From Longimicrobiales bacterium (GTDB taxonomy: Bacteria > Gemmatimonadota > Gemmatimonadetes > Longimicrobiales > Gaopeijiaceae), in contig OZ241892.1 of assembly GCA_965203485.1 (NCBI GenBank), positions 1,664,001-1,728,000 of the forward strand: a stretch of 64,000 nt of DNA, given 5' to 3'. Of the stretch, positions 18,077 through 27,876 are shown in pieces. How positions within the stretch are numbered: position 1 is the first letter of the stretch; every line of letters starts with the position of its first letter. The notes beneath the pieces were generated by a model. That model saw only the letters and a program-made list of their open reading frames with translations, had not been told where the DNA came from and made no database searches. A program made the translations under genes and the position numbers.

Positions 18077-19290
18077 CCGCAGGAACACCGGCGCGCGGGA
18101 CCGCAGGCGAACGGGTGGCGGGCAAGCCCGCATCCCGTCCCGCCCGCCGGGAACGCGTGCTCGCGGCCATGTCGGGGGGCGTCGACTCGTCGGTGGCCGC
18201 GGCGATGCTGGTGGAGGCCGGGCACGACGTCGTGGGCGCGACGATGAAGACGTTCTGCTACAGCGGCGGCGGCGCTTCAAAGACGTGCTGCGGCCTCGAC
18301 GGCATCCGCGACGCGCGACGCGTGGCCGACGTCCTGGGCATTCCTCACTACGTGTTCGACGTCGAGGAGGCGTTCACCCGCGACGTCATCGACGACTTCG
18401 TGGACGAGTACGGCCGGGGACGCACGCCGAACCCGTGCGTCCGCTGCAACTCCAACACCAAGTTTCGCGACCTGCTCGCGCGGGCGCGGGCGCTGGGGTG
18501 CGACGCCGTGGCGTCCGGCCACTACGCGAGACTCGACCTCGACGGCTCCCGCCCGCGGCTGCTGCGCGGCGCGGACGCATCCAAGGACCAAGCCTACTTC
18601 CTGTGGGCGTTGCCGACCGCCCTTCTCGGTCGCCTCCGCTTCCCGCTTGGACGCCTGACGAAGGCCCTGGTGCGGGAGCGCGCGAGGTCGCTGGGTCTCG
18701 CAACGGCCGACAAGCCCGAGTCGCAGGAAATCTGCTTCGTGCCCGAGGGCCGCTACCGCGACTTCTTGGCCACGCGCCTCCTCCCCACGCATCCGGCGCT
18801 CTCGCCGGGCCCATTGGTGGACCATGCGGGCCGGGTCGTCGGTCGCCACGACGGCTACGCAGGCTTCACTGTAGGCCAGCGCAAGAGGATCGGAGGCGGA
18901 ATGCCGGAACCGTACTACGTCCTGGAGATACGCCCCGGCGCCCGCGAGGTCGTCGTCGGTCCGAAGCGCCTGCTGTACGCGGGCGCCGTCTCGGTGGAGA
19001 ACCTCAACTGGCTGGCCCCCCCGCCCCGCGCCGGCGACCGCCTGCAGGTCCAGCTCCGCCACCGCGCGAAGGCGTTGCGCTGCCGAGTCGCGGCCCGCGA
19101 CGCCAACCGGCTGCGCCTTTCCTTGGAGGAGCCGGCCCGCGCGGCAACGCCCGGCCAGTCGGGCGTCCTGTTCGGCGGCGACGAGGTGCTGGGGGGCGGA
19201 AGAATCTGCTCTCCAGGCGAAGCCGTCGCCGTCGCGGAACCTACAGGGGCAGGAAGCGCACCAAGTCGTTGCCCAGGGCCAGCACCATGA
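18073..19290 (+). CDS. mnmA: tRNA-specific 2-thiouridylase
   Basis: AMSGGVDSSV, TPNPCVRCN, SGHY, KDQAYFL, KPESQEICF, TVGQRK and TPGQ motifs. Confidence 0.96.
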   Translation: MTAGTPARGTAGERVAGKPASRPARRERVLAAMSGGVDSSVAAAMLVEAGHDVVGATMKTFCYSGGGASKTCCGLDGIRDARRVADVLGIPHYVFDVEEAFTRDVIDDFVDEYGRGRTPNPCVRCNSNTKFRDLLARARALGCDAVASGHYARLDLDGSRPRLLRGADASKDQAYFLWALPTALLGRLRFPLGRLTKALVRERARSLGLATADKPESQEICFVPEGRYRDFLATRLLPTHPALSPGPLVDHAGRVVGRHDGYAGFTVGQRKRIGGGMPEPYYVLEIRPGAREVVVGPKRLLYAGAVSVENLNWLAPPPRAGDRLQVQLRHRAKALRCRVAARDANRLRLSLEEPARAATPGQSGVLFGGDEVLGGGRICSPGEAVAVAEPTGAGSAPSRCPGPAP

Positions 19291-20611
19291 TGCCCACCAC
19301 GACGACGAGTCCGACTTGGCTCCAGCGGAGCCGCTGCTTGGCGGTGACTTTCTTGCCCCGCGCGGCTTCGATCGCCAGGAAGACCATGTGCCCGCCGTCC
19401 AGCACGGGGATCGGCAACATGTTCAGCACCGCCAAGTTCACGCTGAACAGCGCCATGAACCGGAGGTAGTACGGCAGTCCCGCGCGCGCTGCGTCGTTCG
19501 ACATCACGGCTATCGTGCCGATCGATCCCAAGGAGCGGGGCGACGCCTGCAACGTGACCAACGCGCCGACGAACCCGAGTATCTGCCGCGTCCTCGAGAC
19601 CGTCTCCTCGAATCCGGCGGCCACGGCGCCGGCGAGGCCCACCGGCGCGTCGACCACCCTGCCGGCGGAGCGCACGCCGAGAGAGCCCCGCATCTCTCCG
19701 GTCTCCGGGTCGCGAACCGTGGCGATCTGCACGGCGCGGACCAAGTCGTCGTCCCCCCTGGACAAGCCGACTTCCACCCGCTCTCCTCCGCGGCTTCGAA
19801 CGGTGGTGGTGAGGTCGTGCCAGCTGTGGACCGGAACCCCGTCCACCGACGCGATGCGGTCGCCCACCTCGATGCTGGCGGACTCGGCCGGCGAACCCGC
19901 GGCTACCGATCCAACGACCGGATCGATCCACGCCTCCAGCGCGCCTCGGGATGCGCCGCGCGCGAACGGATCGGCCACTACCGCTCGGCGGGCGCTGGGC
20001 GCGGCCGGCACTTCGACGTGAAACTCCGCGCTCGGTCCTTCGGTGACCACCGTCGCCGGACCCGCCGGCGCCTCCAGGAAGAACCGGCGCACCTGGCCCC
20101 ACGTCTCCGGCTCCACGCCGCCGACCCTCGCCACCTTCGCACCGGGCTCGATCCCGGCCAGTTCCTCCGTCCCGGCGGGCAGAAGCGACTCCTCCACGGC
20201 CATGACGCGCGTAGTGGCCAGATCGGGCACGCCCCAGACGACGGGCACGAACACGTAGACCGCCAAGGCGAACAGCATGTTCATGGCAACGCCGGCCGAG
20301 ATCACGAACGCCCGTGCCCACAGCGGCTGAGCGTCGAAGTCGTCGGGCCGGGGCTCGCGCGGTTCGCCGTCGCCCCCCTCCAGCCTTTCCATCATGTCGT
20401 CGTGCATGCCCTGCATCTTGACGTAGCCGCCCAACGGCACGGCCGCCAAGACGTACTCGGTGCCTCCGCGCTCGAAGCCCCAGAGGCGCGGCCCGAGTCC
20501 GACGGAAAAGCGCTCGACAGCGATGCCCACGGCCTTGGCCGCGCCGAAGTGTCCCAACTCGTGCACGAAGATGAGCACGCCCAGGAGCACCAGCGCTGCG
20601 AGTACGAGCAT
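19241..20611 (-). CDS. rseP: RIP metalloprotease RseP with PDZ domains
   Basis: HELGH, PLGGYVKM and NMLPIPVLDGGH motifs. Confidence 0.95.
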   Translation of the reverse strand: MLVLAALVLLGVLIFVHELGHFGAAKAVGIAVERFSVGLGPRLWGFERGGTEYVLAAVPLGGYVKMQGMHDDMMERLEGGDGEPREPRPDDFDAQPLWARAFVISAGVAMNMLFALAVYVFVPVVWGVPDLATTRVMAVEESLLPAGTEELAGIEPGAKVARVGGVEPETWGQVRRFFLEAPAGPATVVTEGPSAEFHVEVPAAPSARRAVVADPFARGASRGALEAWIDPVVGSVAAGSPAESASIEVGDRIASVDGVPVHSWHDLTTTVRSRGGERVEVGLSRGDDDLVRAVQIATVRDPETGEMRGSLGVRSAGRVVDAPVGLAGAVAAGFEETVSRTRQILGFVGALVTLQASPRSLGSIGTIAVMSNDAARAGLPYYLRFMALFSVNLAVLNMLPIPVLDGGHMVFLAIEAARGKKVTAKQRLRWSQVGLVVVVGIMVLALGNDLVRFLPL

Positions 20612-20626
20612 GTAGCCTCCCCCCCG

Positions 20627-21790
20627 CTATCCCGTCGCGGCCGACGCGGCCTCGACCGCCTCCGTGGCGCAACGGCGTGCCGCGCCATCGGCGCCGAGGA
20701 CCTCTTCGACGCTCCGGGCTTCCCGCCCCGTCAGCGCGTCGAGCGCCGCCCGCACCACGTCCGCCATTTCTCCAAAACTAACCTTGGCCTCCAGGAAGGC
20801 TTGGACCGCCACCTCGTTCGCGGCGTTGAAGACGGCAGGCGCGGCGCCGCCCGCCCGCCCGGCTTCGACCCCGAGTCCGAACAGCGGGAAGCGGGCCGAA
20901 TCGACCGGCTCGAATTCCAGCGGGCCGGAGCGGACTGGATCGAAGGTGCACAGCGCCGGGTCGGCGAGGCGCCGCGGCCATGTCAGCGCGTGCAGGATGG
21001 GAAGCTCCATGGTGGGCTCGCCCAACTGGGCAACCACGGAGCCGTCCGCGAACTCGACGAAGGAGTGGACGATCGACGTCGGATGCACGACGGCTTCGAT
21101 CCGGTCGTAGGGGACGCCGTACAGGTAGTGCGCCTCGATCACTTCGAGCGCCTTGTTCGCCAATGTGGCCGAATCTATGGTGATCTTGGCGCCCATGTCC
21201 CAGGTCGGATGCTTCATGGCCTCGGCGGCCGTGACGCGCTTCAGCAGCTCGCGCGGCGTGCGCCGAAACGGACCCCCGCTGGCCGTCAAGATGATTCGGC
21301 GCGCGTCCCGGGGCGCCGCCGCGCCGAGGCACTGCAGGATCGCCGAGTGCTCGCTGTCCACCGGAACCAACTCGCCGCCGCCGCGCCGCGCCGCCTCGAG
21401 GACGAACTCTCCGGCGCAAACGAGCGACTCCTTGTTGGCCAGCGCACACCGCTTGCCGGCCTCCAGCGCCGCCAGCGTGGGAGCCAATCCCGCAGCCCCC
21501 ACGATCGCGTTGACCACTACGTCCACGCCGGGAAGCGCCGCCAACGCCCGCACCGCGCCGGGGCCGCTGGTCCAGCCCGCCGAGCGGAGGTCGGGGCGGC
21601 CGTCCAGCGCCTCGGGCTGGGCCACCGCCGCGTGCGTCGCGCCGCACCGGCGCGCGATATCCTCGAGGGCGCCGACGGAACCGCCCGCCGACACCGCCAC
21701 GACATCGAACTCGCCCGGATGCCGGGCGGCCACGGCCAGCGTGGATCGACCCACGGACCCGGTGGCGCCGAGGACCGCAAGCCGCTTCAC
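20627..21790 (-). CDS. dxr: 1-deoxy-D-xylulose-5-phosphate reductoisomerase
   Basis: LGATGSVG, ALANKES, PVDSEH, LTASGGPF, HPTWDMGAKITIDSAT and NAANE motifs. Confidence 0.97.
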   Translation of the reverse strand: MKRLAVLGATGSVGRSTLAVAARHPGEFDVVAVSAGGSVGALEDIARRCGATHAAVAQPEALDGRPDLRSAGWTSGPGAVRALAALPGVDVVVNAIVGAAGLAPTLAALEAGKRCALANKESLVCAGEFVLEAARRGGGELVPVDSEHSAILQCLGAAAPRDARRIILTASGGPFRRTPRELLKRVTAAEAMKHPTWDMGAKITIDSATLANKALEVIEAHYLYGVPYDRIEAVVHPTSIVHSFVEFADGSVVAQLGEPTMELPILHALTWPRRLADPALCTFDPVRSGPLEFEPVDSARFPLFGLGVEAGRAGGAAPAVFNAANEVAVQAFLEAKVSFGEMADVVRAALDALTGREARSVEEVLGADGAARRCATEAVEAASAATG

Positions 21791-22662
21791 GCCAGCGACC
21801 GTGCCAGCAGAGCCAGACCGTACGCCGCGGGCAACGCGAAGTAGACGCCGTCGAAGCGGTCCAGCACGCCGCCGTGGCCGCCGAGAAGCGATCCCGAGTC
21901 CTTCACGCCCGCGCCTCTCTTGAAAGCGGACTCGGCCAGGTCTCCGATCTGACCTGCCGCGCCCAGCGCCAACCCGCCCGCCAGCCCGCTCCAGGGCGAG
22001 AGCGGCAGGTTGGGCAGGTCGCCGAAGGCCAAGCCCGCCGCCCATCCGGTCGCGGCCGCCGCCGCCAAGCCCGCGATGCAGCCTTCGACCGTCTTGCCCG
22101 GACTGACCCGGGGCGCCAGCCTCCTGCGGCCCGCCTTGCGCCCTACGGCATAGGCCGCGCTGTCGCCGACCCAGACCACGGCAAGCGGCAGCAGCGCCAG
22201 CAACGGACCTTCCCACGCCCCGGGGGCGCCCTCGGCCCACGTCCCCGGAAGCCCCCGCAGGAACACAGCGAACGAGAGCGTCCCGCCTGCGTAGACGGCC
22301 GCGGCGACCGCGACGCACGTGGACGCGAGCGGTTGCCCGCCGCCGTCCCAGCAGAGGGCCGCCGTCCCCGACGCCACGAGGGCCAGCGCCACGAGCAGCA
22401 CGGCCGCCGCACCGCCCCAATCCGCGAGCGCAGGCGCCGCGCCGGCCGCCACGACGAGTCCCGCGGCGCCGACGACGCCCAGCGCTCCGATTCGGCGGTC
22501 GGCCTGCCGGTCCGAAAAGAGGTGGCAGAACTCGTGCGCCGACCACGCGGCAAGCCCCGCCAGCGGAACGACCATTGCGCCGCCGCCGACGTAGACGGAC
22601 GCGACACCGACCGGAGCGCCGAGCCCCGCGATCGCCAGCCGGGAGCGCAGGTTCGCGGTCAC
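21787..22662 (-). CDS. cdsA: Phosphatidate cytidylyltransferase
   Basis: Multi-TM protein with SPGKTVEG and GDLAESAFKR..GVKDSG.LLGGHGGVLDRFD. Confidence 0.94.
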   Translation of the reverse strand: MTANLRSRLAIAGLGAPVGVASVYVGGGAMVVPLAGLAAWSAHEFCHLFSDRQADRRIGALGVVGAAGLVVAAGAAPALADWGGAAAVLLVALALVASGTAALCWDGGGQPLASTCVAVAAAVYAGGTLSFAVFLRGLPGTWAEGAPGAWEGPLLALLPLAVVWVGDSAAYAVGRKAGRRRLAPRVSPGKTVEGCIAGLAAAAATGWAAGLAFGDLPNLPLSPWSGLAGGLALGAAGQIGDLAESAFKRGAGVKDSGSLLGGHGGVLDRFDGVYFALPAAYGLALLARSLA

Positions 22663-22774
22663 GCCCGGGCCGCCGAAGGGGCCGCTGCGGCCCCCGCCAC
22701 GTCGAGCCCGCGAGCTCCCGCGAGCTCCCGCGACGGCCCGTCTCCGGCGCCCGCCGGCGGCACCGGCCGGCCGC

Positions 22775-23503
22775 TCACGCTGTCGGAACGCGGCCGAAGC
22801 GGCGCTCCCGGCGCTGATAGTCCAGGATCGCTCCGTAGAGGTGCTCGCGAGTGAAGTCCGGCCAGTACGCGCCGACGACGTGCATTTCGGTGTATGCCAT
22901 CTGCCAGAGCATGAAGTTGCTGACCCGCTGCTCGCCGGACGTGCGAATGAGCAGATCGGGATCGGGAACGCCCCGAGTGAGCAACGAGGCGGAGAACAGG
23001 CCGGCGTCGATCTCGCGGTGGTCCAGCGTGCCCGCGGCCACGCGGCCGGCCAACGCCCTGGCCGCCGCAACGATCTCCTCGCGGCCTCCGTACGACACCA
23101 TGAGGTTGAGCTGTAGCGCCGTCCCTCCTCTCGTTGCGGCTTCGATGCGCCCGACGGCGGCCTGGGACAACGCGTCCAGCCGCTCCGTCTCGCCCAGCAC
23201 CCGCACCTCGACGCCTTGCTCGACGAGGGCGCGCCGCTCCTTCTCGGCGTAGACCTGCAACACTCCCATCAGGGCCGCCACTTCGGCCTTGGGACGGTCC
23301 CAGTTGTCCGTGGAGAAGGCGTAGAGAGTGAGGATCCGCACGCCAGCGTCGCAACAACCGGCGACCGTCTCGCGGACGGCCGCCATCCCGTGGCGGTGGC
23401 CCAGGGTTCGCGGCAGGCCTCGTTCCTGCGCCCACCGCCCGTTGCCGTCCATGATCACGGCGACGTGGCGGGGGACGTCTCCGGCGGCCCGGACGCGAAG
23501 CAA
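22775..23503 (-). CDS. uppS: Polyprenyl (undecaprenyl) diphosphate synthase
   Basis: HVAVIMDGNGRWA, FSTDNW, YGGREE and IRTSGEQRVSNF motifs. Confidence 0.96.
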   Translation of the reverse strand: MLRVRAAGDVPRHVAVIMDGNGRWAQERGLPRTLGHRHGMAAVRETVAGCCDAGVRILTLYAFSTDNWDRPKAEVAALMGVLQVYAEKERRALVEQGVEVRVLGETERLDALSQAAVGRIEAATRGGTALQLNLMVSYGGREEIVAAARALAGRVAAGTLDHREIDAGLFSASLLTRGVPDPDLLIRTSGEQRVSNFMLWQMAYTEMHVVGAYWPDFTREHLYGAILDYQRRERRFGRVPTA

Positions 23504-23523
23504 GCCCTCAGACGGCGAGTCCT

Positions 23524-24075
23524 TCAGATCGCCATCACCTCCTTCGTCTTGCGTTCAAGCAGATCGCCGATCTTGTCGCCGTGCTCGCGGGTCAGCTTCT
23601 GCACTTCGTCCAAGAGCCGCTTGGCTTCGTCTTCGCCGATCTCGCCGTCCTTCGACTGCGTCTTGACCGCGTCGTTCGCGGCGTGCCGGGCATGGCGCAC
23701 CGACACGCGGCCGTCTTCGGCCATCTTGTTGAGCAGGCGAACGAATTCCCTGCGGCGCTCCTCGCTCAGCGGCGGGACGGGCACGCGGACGAGGCTGCCG
23801 TCGTTCGACGGATTCAGTCCCAGATCCGCGGACGCGATCGCCTTCTCGACGGCTTGCGTCAGAGACGGATCGAAGGGCATGACCGCCAGCAACGACGGCT
23901 CGGGAGCCGTTACGGTGGCCACTTGGTTGAGCGGCATCCGTCCACCGTAAGCCGGCACCACGACCGTGTCGAGCAGAGCGGGAACGGCCTTCCCCGTCCG
24001 GACGGTGGCGAACTCGCGGCCCACCGCCTCGACCGCCTCCCGCATCCGTTGCCTAGCCTGTGCCAGAACCGACAT
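23524..24075 (-). CDS. frr: Ribosome recycling factor
   Basis: VRTGKA, LGLNP and PPLSEERR motifs; expected synteny. Confidence 0.97.
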   Translation of the reverse strand: MSVLAQARQRMREAVEAVGREFATVRTGKAVPALLDTVVVPAYGGRMPLNQVATVTAPEPSLLAVMPFDPSLTQAVEKAIASADLGLNPSNDGSLVRVPVPPLSEERRREFVRLLNKMAEDGRVSVRHARHAANDAVKTQSKDGEIGEDEAKRLLDEVQKLTREHGDKIGDLLERKTKEVMAI

Positions 24076-24141
24076 TGGCGCGCTCCATCAGCGGCTGGCC
24101 GCAAGGCCGCCTGTTTCGCAGACCCGAGGACGCGCGCGTCC

Positions 24142-24864
24142 TCACGACACGAGCGTTCCGACGCGTTCTCCGCAGATTGCGTCGCGCACGGCGCCGGCAT
24201 CCTCCAAATTGAGCACAATAATGGGAAGCTCGTTCTCGCGGCAAAGCGCCACCGCCGCGGCGTCGATGACGCGAAGGTCTCGGGCCACCACCTCCTGGAA
24301 GGTGATGTCCTCCACGAAGGCGGCCGACGGATCGTGCGCCGGATCGGCCGTGAACACGCCCGCCACCTTCGTCGCCTTGATCACGACTTCCGCTCCCACC
24401 TCGATCGCCCGGAGCACGGCCCCCGTGTCCGTCGAGAAGTAGGGGTTGCCCGTGCCGCCCGCGAAGATGACCACCCTTCCCTTCTCAAGGTGCCGCACCG
24501 CGCGGCGGCGAATGTAGGGCTCGGCGACCTGCTCCATCCGGATGGCCGTCATGACCCGCGTGTCCACCCTCTTCTTCTCCAGCAGGTCCTGCACGGCGAG
24601 CGCGTTGATGATCGTCGCGAGCATCCCCATGTAGTCGGCCGACACTCGGTCCATCCCGTCTTGGCTGGCCACCGCTCCGCGCACGATGTTGCCGCCCCCG
24701 ATCACCAGCCCGAGCGCAACGCCCAGCTCGTGAATGGCGCGCACCTCGTCGGTGATGCGGTCCACGACGGCCGGATCGACGCCGAATCCGGCCTGTCCGG
24801 CCAAAGACTCGCCGGACAACTTGAGAAGGACGCGCCTGTACCGGGGACCCGCCGTCTCGCTCAC
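24142..24864 (-). CDS. pyrH: UMP kinase
   Basis: RVLLKLSGE, GGGNI, DYMGMLAT and GTGNPYFSTD motifs. Confidence 0.97.
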   Translation of the reverse strand: MSETAGPRYRRVLLKLSGESLAGQAGFGVDPAVVDRITDEVRAIHELGVALGLVIGGGNIVRGAVASQDGMDRVSADYMGMLATIINALAVQDLLEKKRVDTRVMTAIRMEQVAEPYIRRRAVRHLEKGRVVIFAGGTGNPYFSTDTGAVLRAIEVGAEVVIKATKVAGVFTADPAHDPSAAFVEDITFQEVVARDLRVIDAAAVALCRENELPIIVLNLEDAGAVRDAICGERVGTLVS

Positions 24865-24881
24865 CGGGGGCGCTCCGCCGG

Positions 24882-25475
24882 TCAGGCCCCCACGCGAAAA
24901 CGCGCGAACCGCGCCACCGCGATCTTCTCGCCCGTGCGCGCGGACACCTCCGTTACCAGTTCGCGGACCGTCCGGCCGGGGTCCTTGACGAAGGGCTGCT
25001 CCATCAATACGCGTTCCCTGAAGAACTTCGCCAGCTTGCCTTCCACGATGCGGTTGCGCATCCGCTCGGGCTTGCCCTCGTCCGCTACCTGTTCCTCGTA
25101 GACGCGCCGTTCGCGCTGCACAACCTCCTCGGCCACCTCTTCGGTGCGCACGGCGATGGGGTCCGCCGCCGCCACGTGCATCGCCAAGTCGCGGGCCAGA
25201 GCGCGAAAGTCGTCCGTGTTGGCCACGAAGTCCGTCTCGCAATTGAGTTCGACCAGCGTGCCGATGCGACCCCCGTGGTGGACGTAGCTGGCCACGACGC
25301 CTTCCCCAACCGCGCGGCCCGACCGCTCGGCAACCTTCGCCGCGCCCTTGCTCCGCAGGTGGTCGACAGCCTTTTCGAAGTCGCCGCCGGTCTCCTGGAG
25401 CGCTCGCTTGCAGTCCATCATCCCGGCCCCCGTGCGGTCGCGCAAGGACTTGACTGTCGACGCCTCTATCGGCAT
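24882..25475 (-). CDS. tsf: Elongation factor Ts (short form, 197 aa)
   Basis: LRDRTGAGMMDCK and ELNCETDFVA motifs. Confidence 0.96.
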   Translation of the reverse strand: MPIEASTVKSLRDRTGAGMMDCKRALQETGGDFEKAVDHLRSKGAAKVAERSGRAVGEGVVASYVHHGGRIGTLVELNCETDFVANTDDFRALARDLAMHVAAADPIAVRTEEVAEEVVQRERRVYEEQVADEGKPERMRNRIVEGKLAKFFRERVLMEQPFVKDPGRTVRELVTEVSARTGEKIAVARFARFRVGA

Positions 25476-25580
25476 CGCAACGCTCCAGCCGCCCTCGGCG
25501 GGATTCGCGTCTCGGGAGCGGGAGCCTTCCGGAGCCGTCCTCGGGCGGGTGCGCACCCGGGACACGCGGCCGCGGCCGAC

Positions 25581-26642
25581 CTACTCCGCACCGGACGAGG
25601 CGGACCCGGCCGCCGCCTTCTCGCCGGCCGCCGGCTTTGCCGCCGCGTCCCCGGTCTTCGCCGGCCGGTCGTTCTCGCCGCCCGCCGCGCCCAGCACTTG
25701 CGCGATGGCTTCGGGGCGCGGCCGCCGCCGCTTGCGCTTCCGCATGCGCCGCGGCTCCCGTCCGTCCGCCGACTTCTCGCCGGTCTCCGTGGAGTAAGTG
25801 GTCGCTTCCAGATCGGCCTGCCGCTTCAGATGCTCGTCCGGAACATCCTGGCGCGCCGCGGCGATCGTCTCGGCGATGGCTCCCATGATGAGGCTGACGG
25901 AGCGAATCGCGTCGTCGTTGCCCGGAATCGGATAGTCGATGAGGTCCGGGTCCACGTTCGTGTCGGCGATCGCGATCACCGGTATGCCCATCCGGTGCGC
26001 CTCCCGTACGCCGATGATCTCGCGCTTGGCGTCGACGACGACGACGGCGCCCGGCAAGCGAGCCATGTCGCGCACGCCCTGGAAGTACTTCTCCAGCTTG
26101 AGCCGCTCCCGGTCGAGCAGAAGCCGCTCCTTCTTCGTGTAGAACTCGAACGCGTTTTCCTCCTGGCCCCGCTCGAGCTCCCTCATGCGCCTGATCTGCC
26201 GCCGGATCGTGCGGAAGTTCGTCAGCATGCCACCCAGCCACCGCTCGGTCACGAAGAGCGCCCCGCAACCAGCGGCGTGCTCCTCCACGATGCGGCGCAA
26301 CTGGCGCTTGGTGGACAAGAAGAGGATGCGCTCGCCTCCCAGCACGGTGCGGCGCACGACGCCCAGGGCCGTGTTGAGGCGGTCCAGGGTCTTGCGGAGG
26401 TCGACGATGTGGATCCCGTTGCGCTCGCCGAAGATGTACGGGCGCATCTTGGGGTTCCACCGGCGCGTCTGGTGGCCGAAGTGAACGCCCGCCTCGAGCA
26501 GCTCCCTGAGGCCGACGCTCGGCCCGGCCTGCTTCGGCGGCACGCGGTCGTCCGCTACCGGCCGCGCGCGCTCCGTCCCGGCTGCAGGACGAACAGCCGA
26601 TGCGCCGTCCGCCGCGGCCACCGACACCCCTTCCTTGCTCAT
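25581..26642 (-). CDS. rpsB: 30S ribosomal protein S2 with terminal extensions
   Basis: [25 protein letters not shown] and PGNDDAIRS motifs. Confidence 0.97.
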   Translation of the reverse strand: MSKEGVSVAAADGASAVRPAAGTERARPVADDRVPPKQAGPSVGLRELLEAGVHFGHQTRRWNPKMRPYIFGERNGIHIVDLRKTLDRLNTALGVVRRTVLGGERILFLSTKRQLRRIVEEHAAGCGALFVTERWLGGMLTNFRTIRRQIRRMRELERGQEENAFEFYTKKERLLLDRERLKLEKYFQGVRDMARLPGAVVVVDAKREIIGVREAHRMGIPVIAIADTNVDPDLIDYPIPGNDDAIRSVSLIMGAIAETIAAARQDVPDEHLKRQADLEATTYSTETGEKSADGREPRRMRKRKRRRPRPEAIAQVLGAAGGENDRPAKTGDAAAKPAAGEKAAAGSASSGAE

Positions 26643-27055
26643 CGCTTGCTGAACTGGAAGCGCTTGCGCGCCTTGGGACGCCCGGGCTTCTTGCGTTCGA
26701 CGCGGCGCGGGTCCCGGGTGAGCATGCCGCTCTCGCGGAAAGCGCGTCTCTCGTCTTCGCCGATCGTGGAGAGAGCGCGCGCCAAGCCCATCCGCACGGC
26801 GTCGGCTTGCCCGGTCAGTCCGCCGCCGCGCACGCGGACCAACACGTCGAAGCTTTCCCGGGGTCCAGCCACTTCAAACGGCTCCTCAGCCCGCATCCGG
26901 TGGGCGGGCCGGGGGAAGTAGTCGTCAAGCTCACGTCCGTTGATCGTCCACTTGCCGTTGCCGGGCCGAAGCGCCACCCGGGCCACCGCCGCCTTGCGAC
27001 GGCCCACGCGGCTGACCCTGCCCGCGAACGGCCCGCGCTGCTCCTCGCCGCTCAC
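26639..27055 (-). CDS. rpsI: 30S ribosomal protein S9
   Basis: [20 protein letters not shown] and [17 protein letters not shown] motifs. Confidence 0.97.
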   Translation of the reverse strand: MSGEEQRGPFAGRVSRVGRRKAAVARVALRPGNGKWTINGRELDDYFPRPAHRMRAEEPFEVAGPRESFDVLVRVRGGGLTGQADAVRMGLARALSTIGEDERRAFRESGMLTRDPRRVERKKPGRPKARKRFQFSKR

Positions 27056-27483
27056 AGCTCGAGCGGCCGAGGCCGCTGGCCGACGTGCGGATGCGCTTCG
27101 CCGGCGTAGACCTTGAGCTTCCGGCGCATCTGCCGCCCCAGCTTGTTCTTCGGCAACATGCCCCGCACCGCCAGCTCGATCACGCGGTCCGGGAACCTCT
27201 CGATCATGGTGCGGAACGGAACATGCTTGTCCCCACCCATGAATCCGGAGTGGCGGAAGTACGTCTTGGTCTCGGCCTTGCGGCCCGTCAGCCGGACCTT
27301 GGACGCGTTGACGACCACGACGTAGTCGCCGGTGTCCAGATGGGGCGTGTAGAGGGGCTTGTGCTTGCCGCGCAGAATGCGGGCCACCTCGCTGGCCAGC
27401 CTGCCCAAGGGCTTGCCCGCCGCGTCGGCAACCCACCATGCACGAGCGATTTCGGCCGGCTTCGGGGTGATGGTCTTGGTCAA
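27052..27483 (-). CDS. rplM: 50S ribosomal protein L13
   Basis: [21 protein letters not shown] and AVRGMLPKN motifs; TTG start assumed. Confidence 0.97.
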   Translation of the reverse strand: MTKTITPKPAEIARAWWVADAAGKPLGRLASEVARILRGKHKPLYTPHLDTGDYVVVVNASKVRLTGRKAETKTYFRHSGFMGGDKHVPFRTMIERFPDRVIELAVRGMLPKNKLGRQMRRKLKVYAGEAHPHVGQRPRPLEL

Positions 27484-27585
27484 GCGCGTTGCGTGATCTA
27501 GGGCGAGCGCGTCTTCCGCCCCCGCGTGCACCCGGGGCGGCTCCGAACGGGGCCCCCCCCCGTCTCGGAAGAACGACAGCGTCGG

Positions 27586-27614
27586 AGTTTCGCACCTCCG
27601 TGCGCGCGTGTCAA
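27586..27614 (-). promoter_or_regulatory. Putative sigma70-type promoter of the rplM superoperon
   Basis: TTGACA-N17-GAAACT with a TG two bases before the -10, about 100 nt upstream of rplM. Confidence 0.55.
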
Positions 27615-27876
27615 CCGCCACTCGGGCGGCGTCATTCCAGGATCGTTGGGGCCGCGCACCTCCGACGCGCGAAAGCCGACTCCTATGGGTTTCGGACGTG
27701 TGCCGGCGCGTCGGGCGGAGGTCTCCGGGCGTCCGGGCCCGACCGTCACCGACGCGTCCGGCGCGTGAGCCGACCGGGGGAGGGGCTCCAGGCGGGCCGA
27801 CTCCGGCGGCCACTCGCTTCGTCGCCGCCTCTCTTTCGTCCGGTCAACGGAACGCCCGACGCACGGGACGAGCCGC

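Noticed and set aside
22707..22733. Short tandem repeat CCCGCGAGCT x2 between uppS and cdsA
   Set aside because: Only about 2.5 units with no spacers; simple slippage, not CRISPR or REP.
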